A DNA stretch of 64,000 bases from an uncultured Candidatus Rokubacteria bacterium. GTDB taxonomy: Bacteria > Methylomirabilota > Methylomirabilia > Rokubacteriales > DASRDR01. The stretch is taken from positions 512,001 through 576,000 of the forward strand of contig CAWDVE010000016.1 of NCBI GenBank assembly GCA_963805625.1, given 5' to 3'. Below, in pieces: positions 10,552 to 19,751 of the stretch. The position numbers were made by a program, and so were the translations under genes. The first letter of the stretch is position 1; the number at the start of each line of letters is the position of its first letter. Below the pieces are notes generated by a model. The model was not told the origin of the DNA. It saw only the letters and a program-made list of their open reading frames with translations, and made no database searches.

Positions 10552-13500
10552 ATGGTCGACCAGCCCACAGGACGCTGTCCCGCTTGCGGCGCTGACAACC
10601 CCGCGACCCAGAAGTTCTGCGGCGAGTGCGGCGCCCGCCTCGCCCTCGTCTGTCCTGCCTGTAGCCACCAGAACCCCGGCGGCCAGAAGTTCTGCGGGGA
10701 ATGCGGGGCGAAGCTCGGCGCGCCGGCGGCCCCGCCCCCGGCGGCACCGGTGGAGCGGGTTCCGGTGGCGCCGACGCCAGTGGAGGCTGACACGGCCCCC
10801 GCCGCGCTGCGACCGGGTTCGGCTTTCCGGGAGGCGGCGCCCGCGGCCTACACCCCGAAGCACCTCGCCGAGAAGATCCTGACCTCCAGGAGCGCCATCG
10901 AGGGCGAGCGCAAGCAGGTGACGGTCATGTTCACCGACGTCTCGGGCTTCACCGCGATGTCGGAGCGCCTCGATCCGGAAGAGGTCCACGCCATCATGGA
11001 CCGCGTTTTCGAGGTGATCCTTGGCGCCGTCCACGGATACGAGGGGACGATCAACCAGTTCCTGGGGGACGGCGTCATGGCACTCTTCGGGGCGCCGATC
11101 GCCCACGAGGATCATGCGGGCCGCGCCCTGCGGGCGGCGCTGGCGATCCAGGAGAAGCTCGCGCCGGTCCGCGTGGACGTCCAGCGCCAGCACGGGCAGA
11201 ACTTCCTCATGCGGGTCGGCATCAACACTGGGCCCGTGGTGGTGGGCGCCATCGGCCGTGACCTGAGGATGGACTACACGGCCGTGGGCGACACCGTGAA
11301 CCTGGCGGCGCGGCTGCTGAACGTTGCGCAACCGGGGCAGATCGTGGCCAGCCGCCACACCAAGGCGCTCTGCGAGGGCTTCTTCCTGTTCGACGATCTC
11401 GGCGACTTCCAGGTCAAGGGGAAGACCGAGCCCCAGCGCGCCTACGCCGTGAAGAGCGAGATCAGCGGCCGGACCAGGCTGGAGGTCTCGAAGGAGCGCG
11501 GGCTGACGCCGCTGATCGGACGCGTGGCGGAGCGCGAGCGGCTGATCGAGGGCTTCCAGCGGGCCAGCGGTGGCCATGGGGGCGTCGTTGTCATCTCGGG
11601 CGACCCCGGGGTCGGCAAATCGCGCCTGCTCTACGAGTTCCTCCGGGGCCTCGACGAGACCGGGTACCTCGAGCTGGAAGGCACCTGCGCCTCCTACGGT
11701 CGCACCATGGCGTACCGTCCGCTCCTCGAAGTGTACCGGCGATACCTCGAGATCACCGAGGAACTGTCCCCCGAAGACGTCAGGCGGCGCGTGGCTGCCC
11801 GGCTCGTCGCCCTCGGCCTCGAGGGCGAGGAGCCGGCATTCCTGCTCTGCCATTTCCTGGGCCTTCCGGTGCCGCCGGAGTTCCTGCTCCGGGTGCAAGG
11901 CGCGAAGCTCCGGGACCGCACCCACGAGGTCCTCCAGAGCCTCATCTTCCGCGAGAGCGTGCGACAACCGGTCGTGCTGGTCGTCGAGAACATACACTGG
12001 GTCGACGCCAGCTCGGAGGTGTTCCTGAAATCGCTGGCGGAGCGCGTGCACGAGCACCGGTTGTTGCTGGTGTTGACCACGCGGCCCGGGTCAGCCCTGG
12101 AGTGGCTCCCGGCCACGACCGTGAGGCTCAAGCTGGAGGGTCTCGACCACGACGACATCAGGGAGATGGTGGGCGCGCTCTGCGGCGCGCGCGCGGTGTC
12201 GGAGCCGCTGTTCGAGCTGCTCATGGCCAAGGGAGAGGGCAATCCCCTGTACGTCGAGGAGATCGTCCGGCAGCTCCAGGAGACCGATGGGATCGTCGTC
12301 GACGACGGCGAGGCGCGGCTTCGCGCCGCCGACGTGACGGTGCCGGAGACGATCCGCGACATCATCGCCGCCCGGGTGGACCGCCTCGCGGAGTCTCCCA
12401 AGCGGACACTGCAGGTCGCCTCCGTCGTCGGCCGCCGCTTCGGCATCACGCTGGTGTCCCGCGTCCGCGAGAGCGATCACGATCACGTGGCCGGCGACCT
12501 CCAGGATCTCCATGCCGTCGACTTCGTCTTCCCGAGCGCGAACGACCCCGAGCTGATGTACAGCTTCAAGCACGCGCTCACCCAGGATGTCGTCTACACG
12601 AGCCTCCTGGAGCGTCGTCGCCGGCGGTTCCACGCCGCCGCCGGACGTGGCCTCGAGGAGCTCTATGCGGACCGGATCGACGACGTCGTCGAGCTGCTCG
12701 CCTACCACTACGAGCACAGCGGGGAAGATGACAAGGCGGTGGACTACGCGATTCGAGCCGCCGAGAAGGCGCAGGGCCGCTGGGCCACCGCCGAGGCGGT
12801 CGCGTACTTCGAGACCGCCGTAAAGCGCCTGGAGACGATGCCCGACACGCCGGAGAACCAGGTGCGCCGCATCGATGCTGTCGTGAAGCAGTCGGAGATC
12901 ATGTTCGCCCTCGGGCGCCAGGCCGAGCAGCTCCAGCGCCTGGAGACCATCCGCGACCTCGTGGAGACGGCGGCCGACCCACCCCGCCGCGCGGCCTGGT
13001 ACTCCTGGGCCGGGTTTCTTCGCAGCGGCACACAGGGTCGACCCGACGTGCCGATCGCCTATTGCCGTGAGGCGATCGCGGTGGCGGAGGCCAACGGGCT
13101 GGACGAGATCAGGGCGTTCGCCGAAGGCTGCCTGGCGCATGTCTACGACATGGCGGGACGTCTCCGGGAGTCACTGGAGGCGGGTGAGCGCGCGCTCGAG
13201 ACCTTCGAGGCACGCGGGAACGTGTGGTGGGCGTGCCGGACCCTCTGGGGCATCAGCATGGCGGCCACGGGGCTGGGGGAATGGCAGCGCAGCCTGGACT
13301 ACTGCCGGCGGGCTCGTCAGCACGCCAAGGGGGTGAACGATCGGCGACTGAAGGTGGTCGGCTTCTGGCGGACCGGCTGGACGCATGTCCAGCGCGGCGA
13401 CATCGAGGCAGGCCTCCGCTATTGCGAAGAAGCCCTCGCCCTGTCTCCCAGCCCGTTCGACGCAGCCATGGCCAAGGCGGCGCAGGGGTACGGCCAGGTC

Positions 13501-13992
13501 AAGGCCGGGGAGCTGGCGGTCGGGACGGCGCGGTTGGAGGAGGCGGTGGCGTGGTTCGATCGCTCGCACCTGCCGCTGACGTACGCGCGGTTCGCGCTGT
13601 GCCTGGGGGAAGCCTACGTGCGCCAAGCGAGGCCGGCCGAAGCCCGAGCGCTCTTCGAACGGGGCCTGGGTATGAGCCGCGAGCTCGGGTACCGCTACTT
13701 CGAAGGCGTGGCGCACCGCCTCCTTGGAGAGTCACTCGCGACCGACGCGCCGTCCGACGCCACCCAGCACCTCGACGCGGCGGCGAAGATCCTCGAGGAG
13801 GTGGACGCGCGCAACGAGTACGCCAAGACGCTCGTCGCTCAGGCCGAGCTGCGACGCGCGTCAGGCGACCGGGGCGAGGCCGATCAGCTGCTGGAGCGCG
13901 CGTTGGAGATCTTCGACGAGCTCGGGACCCTCGACGAGCCGCCCCACGTCCGGGCTGCGCTCGCCGCGCTACGGGACAATCTACCAGCGTAG
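10552..13992 (+). CDS. Class III adenylate/guanylate cyclase with double zinc ribbon, AAA ATPase and TPR domains
   Basis: CxxC...FCGECG twice; ERKQVTVMFTDVSGFT; FLGDGVMALFG; GDTVNLAARL; Walker A GDPGVGKS; GNPLY. Confidence 0.93.
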   Translation: MVDQPTGRCPACGADNPATQKFCGECGARLALVCPACSHQNPGGQKFCGECGAKLGAPAAPPPAAPVERVPVAPTPVEADTAPAALRPGSAFREAAPAAYTPKHLAEKILTSRSAIEGERKQVTVMFTDVSGFTAMSERLDPEEVHAIMDRVFEVILGAVHGYEGTINQFLGDGVMALFGAPIAHEDHAGRALRAALAIQEKLAPVRVDVQRQHGQNFLMRVGINTGPVVVGAIGRDLRMDYTAVGDTVNLAARLLNVAQPGQIVASRHTKALCEGFFLFDDLGDFQVKGKTEPQRAYAVKSEISGRTRLEVSKERGLTPLIGRVAERERLIEGFQRASGGHGGVVVISGDPGVGKSRLLYEFLRGLDETGYLELEGTCASYGRTMAYRPLLEVYRRYLEITEELSPEDVRRRVAARLVALGLEGEEPAFLLCHFLGLPVPPEFLLRVQGAKLRDRTHEVLQSLIFRESVRQPVVLVVENIHWVDASSEVFLKSLAERVHEHRLLLVLTTRPGSALEWLPATTVRLKLEGLDHDDIREMVGALCGARAVSEPLFELLMAKGEGNPLYVEEIVRQLQETDGIVVDDGEARLRAADVTVPETIRDIIAARVDRLAESPKRTLQVASVVGRRFGITLVSRVRESDHDHVAGDLQDLHAVDFVFPSANDPELMYSFKHALTQDVVYTSLLERRRRRFHAAAGRGLEELYADRIDDVVELLAYHYEHSGEDDKAVDYAIRAAEKAQGRWATAEAVAYFETAVKRLETMPDTPENQVRRIDAVVKQSEIMFALGRQAEQLQRLETIRDLVETAADPPRRAAWYSWAGFLRSGTQGRPDVPIAYCREAIAVAEANGLDEIRAFAEGCLAHVYDMAGRLRESLEAGERALETFEARGNVWWACRTLWGISMAATGLGEWQRSLDYCRRARQHAKGVNDRRLKVVGFWRTGWTHVQRGDIEAGLRYCEEALALSPSPFDAAMAKAAQGYGQVKAGELAVGTARLEEAVAWFDRSHLPLTYARFALCLGEAYVRQARPAEARALFERGLGMSRELGYRYFEGVAHRLLGESLATDAPSDATQHLDAAAKILEEVDARNEYAKTLVAQAELRRASGDRGEADQLLERALEIFDELGTLDEPPHVRAALAALRDNLPA

Positions 13993-14200
13993 CCAGCGCC
14001 GAGCAGACCAAGCGGCTAGCCTACAGACGTACCTTCACAGTGCGTGGCGGGCTGGCTCCTTTGCGCGTGGGCGCGATGGGTCCGCAAACTGGTAGGCCTC
14101 GAGGAGGCGGAGCGGGCAGAATCCGTGCCGACTCTCTCCGTGGTTCTCGAGTTGGCGAACGCATTCTGGACAACACGCGACCCCTCGCGCGCCGGCCAAG

Positions 14201-14244
14201 CTGACGAGGGGGCGGGCCGCGCTCGCAACCCGCCCCCTCGTCAG
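14201..14244 (-). terminator. Strong hairpin just after the large secreted-protein gene
   Basis: Perfect 16-bp inverted repeat CTGACGAGGGGGCGGG / CCCGCCCCCTCGTCAG; no clear U-tract. Confidence 0.6.
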
Positions 14245-14257
14245 GACTGAAGAGTCG

Positions 14258-17026
14258 TCAGGGCTGAAGAAGAGGAGAGGCACCGTGGTCTAGGCGCTGC
14301 TGTTGTGTCGCCTGACTGCACTTCGGGCTTGTCGATTCGGTCAAGTCGCCGCAGTACAGCGCTTGCGACTGGTTGATCTGGACCACCCCGGTTGAGGGCG
14401 ATCCGACCGTGAAGCTGCCGGTCGGCGCGGCGTGAAGTCGTGTACTGCCGCTCACCGCCTCGACGGTCTCGTGACCCAACTCGTGAGCGAGTGTGAAGTC
14501 GGTGGCGATGCTCGTCAGCATCGTGCCCGTGTTGGTCGCTGGGGCGACGACCTCCGAACAGAAATCGCCCGGATTGGCCGTGAACGCCTTGACCCCGCTG
14601 ACGCCCGTCGCGGATATCACATAGTAGAGGTTCACGTCGGTCGCCACGGTCGGGGGCGCGGGGGACGGGGGCTCCATGTTCATGAGGTTCTGTTCTTCTG
14701 TCGTGAGAACCTTATTCGTGAGGGCCACGCCGTCGACTCCGAGCACGATGGCGGGAGGGGACGCGGTTGTCAGGCAGTTGGGCTCCGTCGCATTCAGTTG
14801 ATGGTTGACATCGACGTCCAGGAGGGTATCGACGACCGGCACCGTCGTGATGCGACGGAGCCGGACGTTCACCCCGGCCTGCGAGAGGATCTCAGTCACG
14901 TTGCGGACGTCCCGCTCGACTAAGGCGTTGTCAACAGCCCCTGTCTGCCCGGCCGTCGGGTAATTCACCCGGTTTGCAAACCTGGTCGTGCTCTTGAGGA
15001 TCTTGGCGTCGACCCAGATCGTCTGGAAGCGGATATCGTCGATGAGCACCCGCGTCTCGTACTGGCCGTCGCCCCCGTTGGACAGCGTGAACAGCAACTC
15101 GAGTGTTGCGTTCGTCCCAGCAGCGCTGCTCAGGTCGAACTCGACAGTCCTCCAGTTCGTCTGTGCGCACGATGTATCCCCGGGGGTGGGGCTGGCGGCG
15201 AAGCAGTCACCGAACTGATACGGCGAAAGAACTGCGCCCGCGCTACTGATGAGCGTGAAGGCGCTGTTCACTGTCGACTGGAATTGTTTCGGCGTCCAAC
15301 CCGAGGGGCAATTGGCGGTGCAGTTGATGAGGATCGTGAACGGATCTTGAAACGGCTTGCCGACCCACTCGGTGATCTCCTCGGTGACGTAGTTGTAATT
15401 CATGCGAAACTTCGTCGCCCCGGCCGGGACGGTGATGGTCTGCTTCAGACTCGAGCCGGTGTTCAAGCCCGTGGTCGGGTCGTTGGTCCTCAGGGCCGCC
15501 ATCGATTTACCTTCCGACGGCAGGATGGTACCAGGAATGGTACCTAGCGTGCCACGCCCCCATGCGCTGGGGGAGCAAATATTCTGATAATTGATGTTGT
15601 TGCCGCGTTTGATCGTTTTGCAGAGAGGGTTGGGAGGGACATAGGTAGCGGTCGGCCCGAGTTGCTGTATGACCGAGGCGCCTCCGGTGAACGCCCAGCT
15701 CGAGAGGTCACCGCGCTCGAAGCCGCCGTTCCGAATCCCCGGGCGCGTGTTGACTGGCGCGCTCGGTGCCGTAAGCGTGATGTTGGCGGTTCCCGTGCCC
15801 AGTTCAGACGGAATCGTGCCGGTTCCCGAGCCGACTGAGCCTTTCAAGGGGTGAAAGGCGTTCACGGTGAACTGGCCGCCCCCGGGCGTATCGACGAAGA
15901 GCGTGTACTTGCCGCTCGAGTCCGTCGTGGCGACGAGAGTGTTCGTCGGGTTGCTCACGACGACACCGGGCTGCGCCACCCCCCCTTGGGTGACGGTCCC
16001 CGAAGCGTATCCGCTCCCATTCCCCGCCAAGATCCCGTACGTCCCCGCCGTGAGAATACCTGGAAGCGCGCATGGTTGCCCATCCAATACCGTGGTCGTC
16101 ATGATCGTCCCCGCGGAGACGCTTGCGCAGGCCACCGGAATCGCCTGCGCGGTCGCGGAACCGACGCAGATGGGGGTGGGGCCGTCGACGAGAGTGTAGC
16201 CCATGGGGCACTGGCCGCCGGAGGGAAGCGTGACCTTGTCGACGAACACCTCCTGGGCGACCACTAACTTCGTGCCGTCTATCAAGCCCGACTGCGTCTG
16301 CACCTCGATGTCGAACGGCAGGCTCGGATCCTCAGCCTCGCCTCCGAACACTGCGCTATCGACGGTCAGGTTCACGACTTCGACGACCGGCTTGTTTCCA
16401 GGGTTCGCGCCGAAGACCTTCCCTTTCTTGGCTGAGACGAAGGCGGCCCCGCGAAGGGAACCTGGCGGGACGTGCACCGTGACTCCGTTCCCCTGAACCG
16501 TCCCGGCCGCCCCCGCGTCGAAGAACTCGCCGACCAGCAAGATGAATTCACCCGACTCGAACGAACTCGGCGAGTTCTTCAGACTGTAATTGAGGCGAAC
16601 CTTGAGACGCATGGAGATCGCGAGAGGCTCGTTGAAGGTTTGATCGCAGATGAAGAGTCCCTTCCCGACGTTGTGAAAAGATGACCCCTGACCCGTACCG
16701 ACCGCTGTCGAATCCTTCATCTGACAGACGGTCGTCTCGGAGCCGGTGTCGCTTACCCGCATCAGCTTGACGAGGAGGGACCCCTTCAGGGCGGGATTAT
16801 TAAAGTCGCCGATCTGTGCCGTGAACGACACCGTTGTCGGCACGCCGACCTGGATGCAACAGTAGTTGTCATTGAAAGCGTCCGCGTTCTGGGCTACGAA
16901 TGACGTGGCCGCGACCGTCGGGGCAGCCCACGCGATGGCGGGGCCTCCGAGAATAATCCCGAAGAACAAAGCGGACAGGACTGTGGACCCAACGATTGCC
17001 AGAATCCCCGCCGGCTGGCTTCTCAT
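14258..17026 (-). CDS. Large secreted multidomain protein (922 aa) with beta-rich modules and a C-terminal HExxH zinc-peptidase-like motif
   Basis: ATG 17026 with GGAGG RBS; signal peptide ending AIAWA; GTVTQGGVAQPGVVV...TTDSSGKY (carboxypeptidase-regulatory-like); IRNGGFERGDLSSW; TLAHELGHE. Confidence 0.8.
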   Translation of the reverse strand: MRSQPAGILAIVGSTVLSALFFGIILGGPAIAWAAPTVAATSFVAQNADAFNDNYCCIQVGVPTTVSFTAQIGDFNNPALKGSLLVKLMRVSDTGSETTVCQMKDSTAVGTGQGSSFHNVGKGLFICDQTFNEPLAISMRLKVRLNYSLKNSPSSFESGEFILLVGEFFDAGAAGTVQGNGVTVHVPPGSLRGAAFVSAKKGKVFGANPGNKPVVEVVNLTVDSAVFGGEAEDPSLPFDIEVQTQSGLIDGTKLVVAQEVFVDKVTLPSGGQCPMGYTLVDGPTPICVGSATAQAIPVACASVSAGTIMTTTVLDGQPCALPGILTAGTYGILAGNGSGYASGTVTQGGVAQPGVVVSNPTNTLVATTDSSGKYTLFVDTPGGGQFTVNAFHPLKGSVGSGTGTIPSELGTGTANITLTAPSAPVNTRPGIRNGGFERGDLSSWAFTGGASVIQQLGPTATYVPPNPLCKTIKRGNNINYQNICSPSAWGRGTLGTIPGTILPSEGKSMAALRTNDPTTGLNTGSSLKQTITVPAGATKFRMNYNYVTEEITEWVGKPFQDPFTILINCTANCPSGWTPKQFQSTVNSAFTLISSAGAVLSPYQFGDCFAASPTPGDTSCAQTNWRTVEFDLSSAAGTNATLELLFTLSNGGDGQYETRVLIDDIRFQTIWVDAKILKSTTRFANRVNYPTAGQTGAVDNALVERDVRNVTEILSQAGVNVRLRRITTVPVVDTLLDVDVNHQLNATEPNCLTTASPPAIVLGVDGVALTNKVLTTEEQNLMNMEPPSPAPPTVATDVNLYYVISATGVSGVKAFTANPGDFCSEVVAPATNTGTMLTSIATDFTLAHELGHETVEAVSGSTRLHAAPTGSFTVGSPSTGVVQINQSQALYCGDLTESTSPKCSQATQQQRLDHGASPLLQP

Positions 17027-17085
17027 GGGGAAATCCGCCTCCATCTTTTGTTGGTGAAGACACGATCTTGTGGTGAAGATGCGAC

Positions 17086-17142
17086 CGCTTCGTTCGATAC
17101 GACGATACGATGAAGATCCCCCGAGCGCTTCGTTCGATACGA
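17086..17142. repeat. 17-bp direct repeat, 40-bp period
   Basis: CGCTTCGTTCGATACGA at 17086-17102 and 17126-17142. Confidence 0.9.
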
Positions 17143-17167
17143 TGGAGATTGTCTGCAAAGCGTCAAT

Positions 17168-17199
17168 CTGAGGCACTTCCTGACTGAGGCACTTCCTGA
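17168..17199. repeat. 16-bp perfect tandem repeat
   Basis: CTGAGGCACTTCCTGA twice. Confidence 0.9.
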
Positions 17200-17214
17200 C
17201 CAAAACACGCGGCA

Positions 17215-17242
17215 ATACTAGCATTCTCTGAGACGGTGTCAA
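17215..17242 (-). promoter_or_regulatory. Sigma-70 promoter of the secreted-protein gene
   Basis: TTGACA-N16-TAGTAT with TGn extension on the minus strand. Confidence 0.65.
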
Positions 17243-17259
17243 TCCGCGGGGTTCTCCGA

Positions 17260-18756
17260 TGCTGTTGGTCCATAAGAATGTCATAGGCTAACTGTTCAGT
17301 GAGAGTGTCACCCCATGCCGACATGGGAGCCTCTCACGATGAGTCGCAAGGAAGTCCCGCGGCCCGGCCTGCTCAAGGCGGCCCTGGCCGGGAAGTTCAC
17401 CAATGCCGAGGGAGCCGGGGCCTTGCACCTGAGCGTCCGGCAGTTCATCCGGGTCAAGCATCGCTTCCAGGCCGCCGGGGCGTCGGGCCTGTGCCACCGC
17501 CTGCGGGGGCGACCCTCCCCCCGCCGGCTGCCGGCCGACGTCCGGGCGCGGGTGGCGGCGCTCCTGCAGACCACCTACCTCGATGTCAATGACTGCCACG
17601 CCACGGAGAAGCTGCGCGAGGTCGAGGGCCTCCGCGTCAGCCGGGCCTCCGTGCGGCGGATCCGCCGCGCCCTGGACCTGCCGGCCAAGCATCGCCGCCG
17701 GCCCCGCCAGCACCGGGCTCGCCGGACCCCGGAAGCCCGCATGGGCGTCCTCGTCCAGCTCGACGGCAGCCCCCACGCGTGGCTCGAAGACCGGGGCCCC
17801 GCCCTGACCCTCCACGGCGCGATCGACGACGCCACCGGCACGGTCCTGGCCCTGCACGTTCGGCCGACCGAGGACCTGCACGGCTACGCCACCGTGCTCC
17901 AGCAAATCGGTCTGGCCTACGGCCTCCCGCTGACCCTGTACGGCGATCGTTTCGGCGTTTTCGTCCGCAACGACCCGCACTGGACGCTCGCGGAAGAACT
18001 CCAAGGCCACCAGCACCCCACCCATTTCGGCCAGATCCTCCGAGACCTCGCCATCGGCTTCCTGGCGGCGGGCTCCCCCCAGGCCAAGGGGCGCATCGAA
18101 CGGCTCTGGCGCACCCTGCAAGATCGCCTCGTCGTCGAGCTCCGCCTGCGCGGGATCGCGACCCGCGCGGCGGCCAACGCCTTCCTCCCTGAGTTCCTCG
18201 CCGATTACAATGGCCGCTTCGCTCATCCCCCCACCGACGCCCACGCCGCCTGGCGGCCGCGGCCGCGGGACTTCGCCGACCAACTCAGCTGCCGCTACAC
18301 CCGCGTCGTCGCCCCCGACAACACCGTCCGCCTGGGGACCCGCTGGGCCCAGATCCCCCCCGGTCCTTCCGGCCGCTCCTCCGCGGGCCGCCGTGTCGAC
18401 CTCCGCGAGTGTGTCGACGGCCGGCTCCTTGTCGTCCGCGCCGGCGGGCGACTCGTCAGTCAGCCCTCGCCGGGGCCTGATTTCGTCCTCACGCCCCGCA
18501 GCAAGCCCCACGCGGAGCGCACGCGTCGCCTACGCGCCTCCAGGACTGCGTCGGAGGAGGGGGGCCGCCATCAGAGTATTCCCCAGAAACCGCCTGCGCG
18601 CCCCTCGGCGCGCCGCCTCACCCCGACCACCCAGACGGCTCGCCCCGCCGCCACGCATCCCTGGCGCCGCTCACTCAACCTCCGTCGCCACACCCCTCAC
18701 ACAGGGGTGACATTCTCACGGAACAGTTAGGGTGACATTTTCACTGGACAGCTACA
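17260..18756 (+). mobile_element. Intact IS1202-family (ISNCY) insertion sequence, 1497 bp, with 17-bp target-site duplication
   Basis: TCCGCGGGGTTCTCCGA at 17243-17259 and 18757-18773; TG...CA ends; long imperfect inverted repeats each holding two RTGTCA-ending sub-repeats. Confidence 0.9.
17315..18730 (+). CDS. ISNCY/IS1202-family DDE transposase
   Basis: LVQLDGSPHAWLE; AIDDATG; LYGDR; SPQAKGRIERLWRTLQDRL; C-terminal HPWRR. Confidence 0.93.
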   Translation: MPTWEPLTMSRKEVPRPGLLKAALAGKFTNAEGAGALHLSVRQFIRVKHRFQAAGASGLCHRLRGRPSPRRLPADVRARVAALLQTTYLDVNDCHATEKLREVEGLRVSRASVRRIRRALDLPAKHRRRPRQHRARRTPEARMGVLVQLDGSPHAWLEDRGPALTLHGAIDDATGTVLALHVRPTEDLHGYATVLQQIGLAYGLPLTLYGDRFGVFVRNDPHWTLAEELQGHQHPTHFGQILRDLAIGFLAAGSPQAKGRIERLWRTLQDRLVVELRLRGIATRAAANAFLPEFLADYNGRFAHPPTDAHAAWRPRPRDFADQLSCRYTRVVAPDNTVRLGTRWAQIPPGPSGRSSAGRRVDLRECVDGRLLVVRAGGRLVSQPSPGPDFVLTPRSKPHAERTRRLRASRTASEEGGRHQSIPQKPPARPSARRLTPTTQTARPAATHPWRRSLNLRRHTPHTGVTFSRNS

Positions 18757-19110
18757 TCCGCGGGGTTCTCCGACACCGGCTCAATCCGCGCGGAGTCGGC
18801 TGCCAGGTCGTTGGAGGATCTTAGAGCGACAACGGAGGAACCGGGTGGGGGCGACATCTCGGCTGGCGATGTTGCCCTCGTCGGTGGCCAGGCAGCAGGC
18901 TCAGACCTTCCTGAGCCTATGACGACGCGTCAGGTAGGCCGTTACCCCCGGCGGGCGATGACCTCGCAGGACTCAACTCAGGTGAAAGCGCCGCACAAAA
19001 TTCACCCAGCACCGGCCGTAACCTCCCAGCCGGTCGGGTAGTCCTTCAGTGTTTCCGGGCAAGCATCTTCGCCCGGTCTATCGAGACGCCTGGTGGGGTC
19101 GGCGAATCCG

Positions 19111-19263
19111 TTAGCGTCGCCGACGGGCCCACCATGCGACGCCGGCCACGCCGATGCTCAGCAGCGCCATCGTCCCGGGCTCGGGCACCTGCTCAAACCC
19201 ACCAGCCTGGGCGACCGCGGCCCAACTCAGGATCAAAGCGACCACCATCATCGTCCTGCGCAT
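19111..19263 (-). CDS. Minimal PEP-CTERM protein (50 aa)
   Basis: MRRTMMVVALILSWAAVAQA-GGFEQ-VPEPGTMALLSIGVAGVAWWARRRR*; GAGGGGGAG RBS; below the ORF-track size cutoff. Confidence 0.88.
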   Translation of the reverse strand: MRRTMMVVALILSWAAVAQAGGFEQVPEPGTMALLSIGVAGVAWWARRRR

Positions 19264-19316
19264 AGACTCCCCCTCATGTGGATTGCGAGGAAACCCTTGT
19301 CGCAGTCTTAGAGCGA

Positions 19317-19332
19317 TGCACGAAGTGGGCCA
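19317..19332 (-). promoter_or_regulatory. Sigma-54 promoter of the PEP-CTERM gene
   Basis: TGGCCCACTTCGTGCA (GG-N10-GC) about 55 nt upstream of the ATG. Confidence 0.65.
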
Positions 19333-19397
19333 AAAGGCGCAAGTTACGGCCAGATATGCTCTTTCATGAAGTCCATCGCGCTGACGGTGCTAACTCT

Positions 19398-19414
19398 TGT
19401 AAACATTGATGACA
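19398..19414 (-). promoter_or_regulatory. Putative enhancer (PEP-CTERM box-like TGT-N11-ACA ending TTTACA)
   Basis: Minus strand TGTCATCAATGTTTACA; second TTTACA at 19449-19454; another TGT-N11-ACA at 19533-19549. Confidence 0.55.
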
Positions 19415-19751
19415 GTGGCACTTAGAGATTGGGGCACATCCAAACGATTGTAAACAAGCACCAGCTGACTCTATTTCTGATCGGCACAGCGCCGCGGGAA
19501 TTACAGCAAGCGCATCATATCGACGATAGGGTTGTCGGCTTTGTTGACACAGCGGGGCTGTCAGACGCGGGATACATTGCAAAGGGATCCAGGCTCCGTT
19601 ATGAGAGAAATGGCACGATTCCAACCCCAAACGATCGTGAAGGAGGACCCCCCTGGTTCACTTGACCCATTTCACCAGGCGATCGAGGCCCGTATACTAG
19701 TTGGCGCCCAGATAGGAGCCGTCCAAGCTGTCCGGTATAGCGAGTCCGTCC

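Noticed and set aside
14044-14250. 68-aa ORF with an XRE-HTH-like stretch (ERAESVPTLSVVLELANAF)
   Set aside because: Too short and degenerate, lacks the first helices and a clear RBS, and overlaps a hairpin; at most a relic.
17027-17284. N-terminal 86 aa of the 1008-aa ORF in the track
   Set aside because: Runs through the promoter, repeats and IS end; RBS and signal peptide support ATG 17026.
19611-19626. TGGCACG as a sigma-54 promoter for the GMC pair
   Set aside because: The -24 half matches, but there is no GC at -12.
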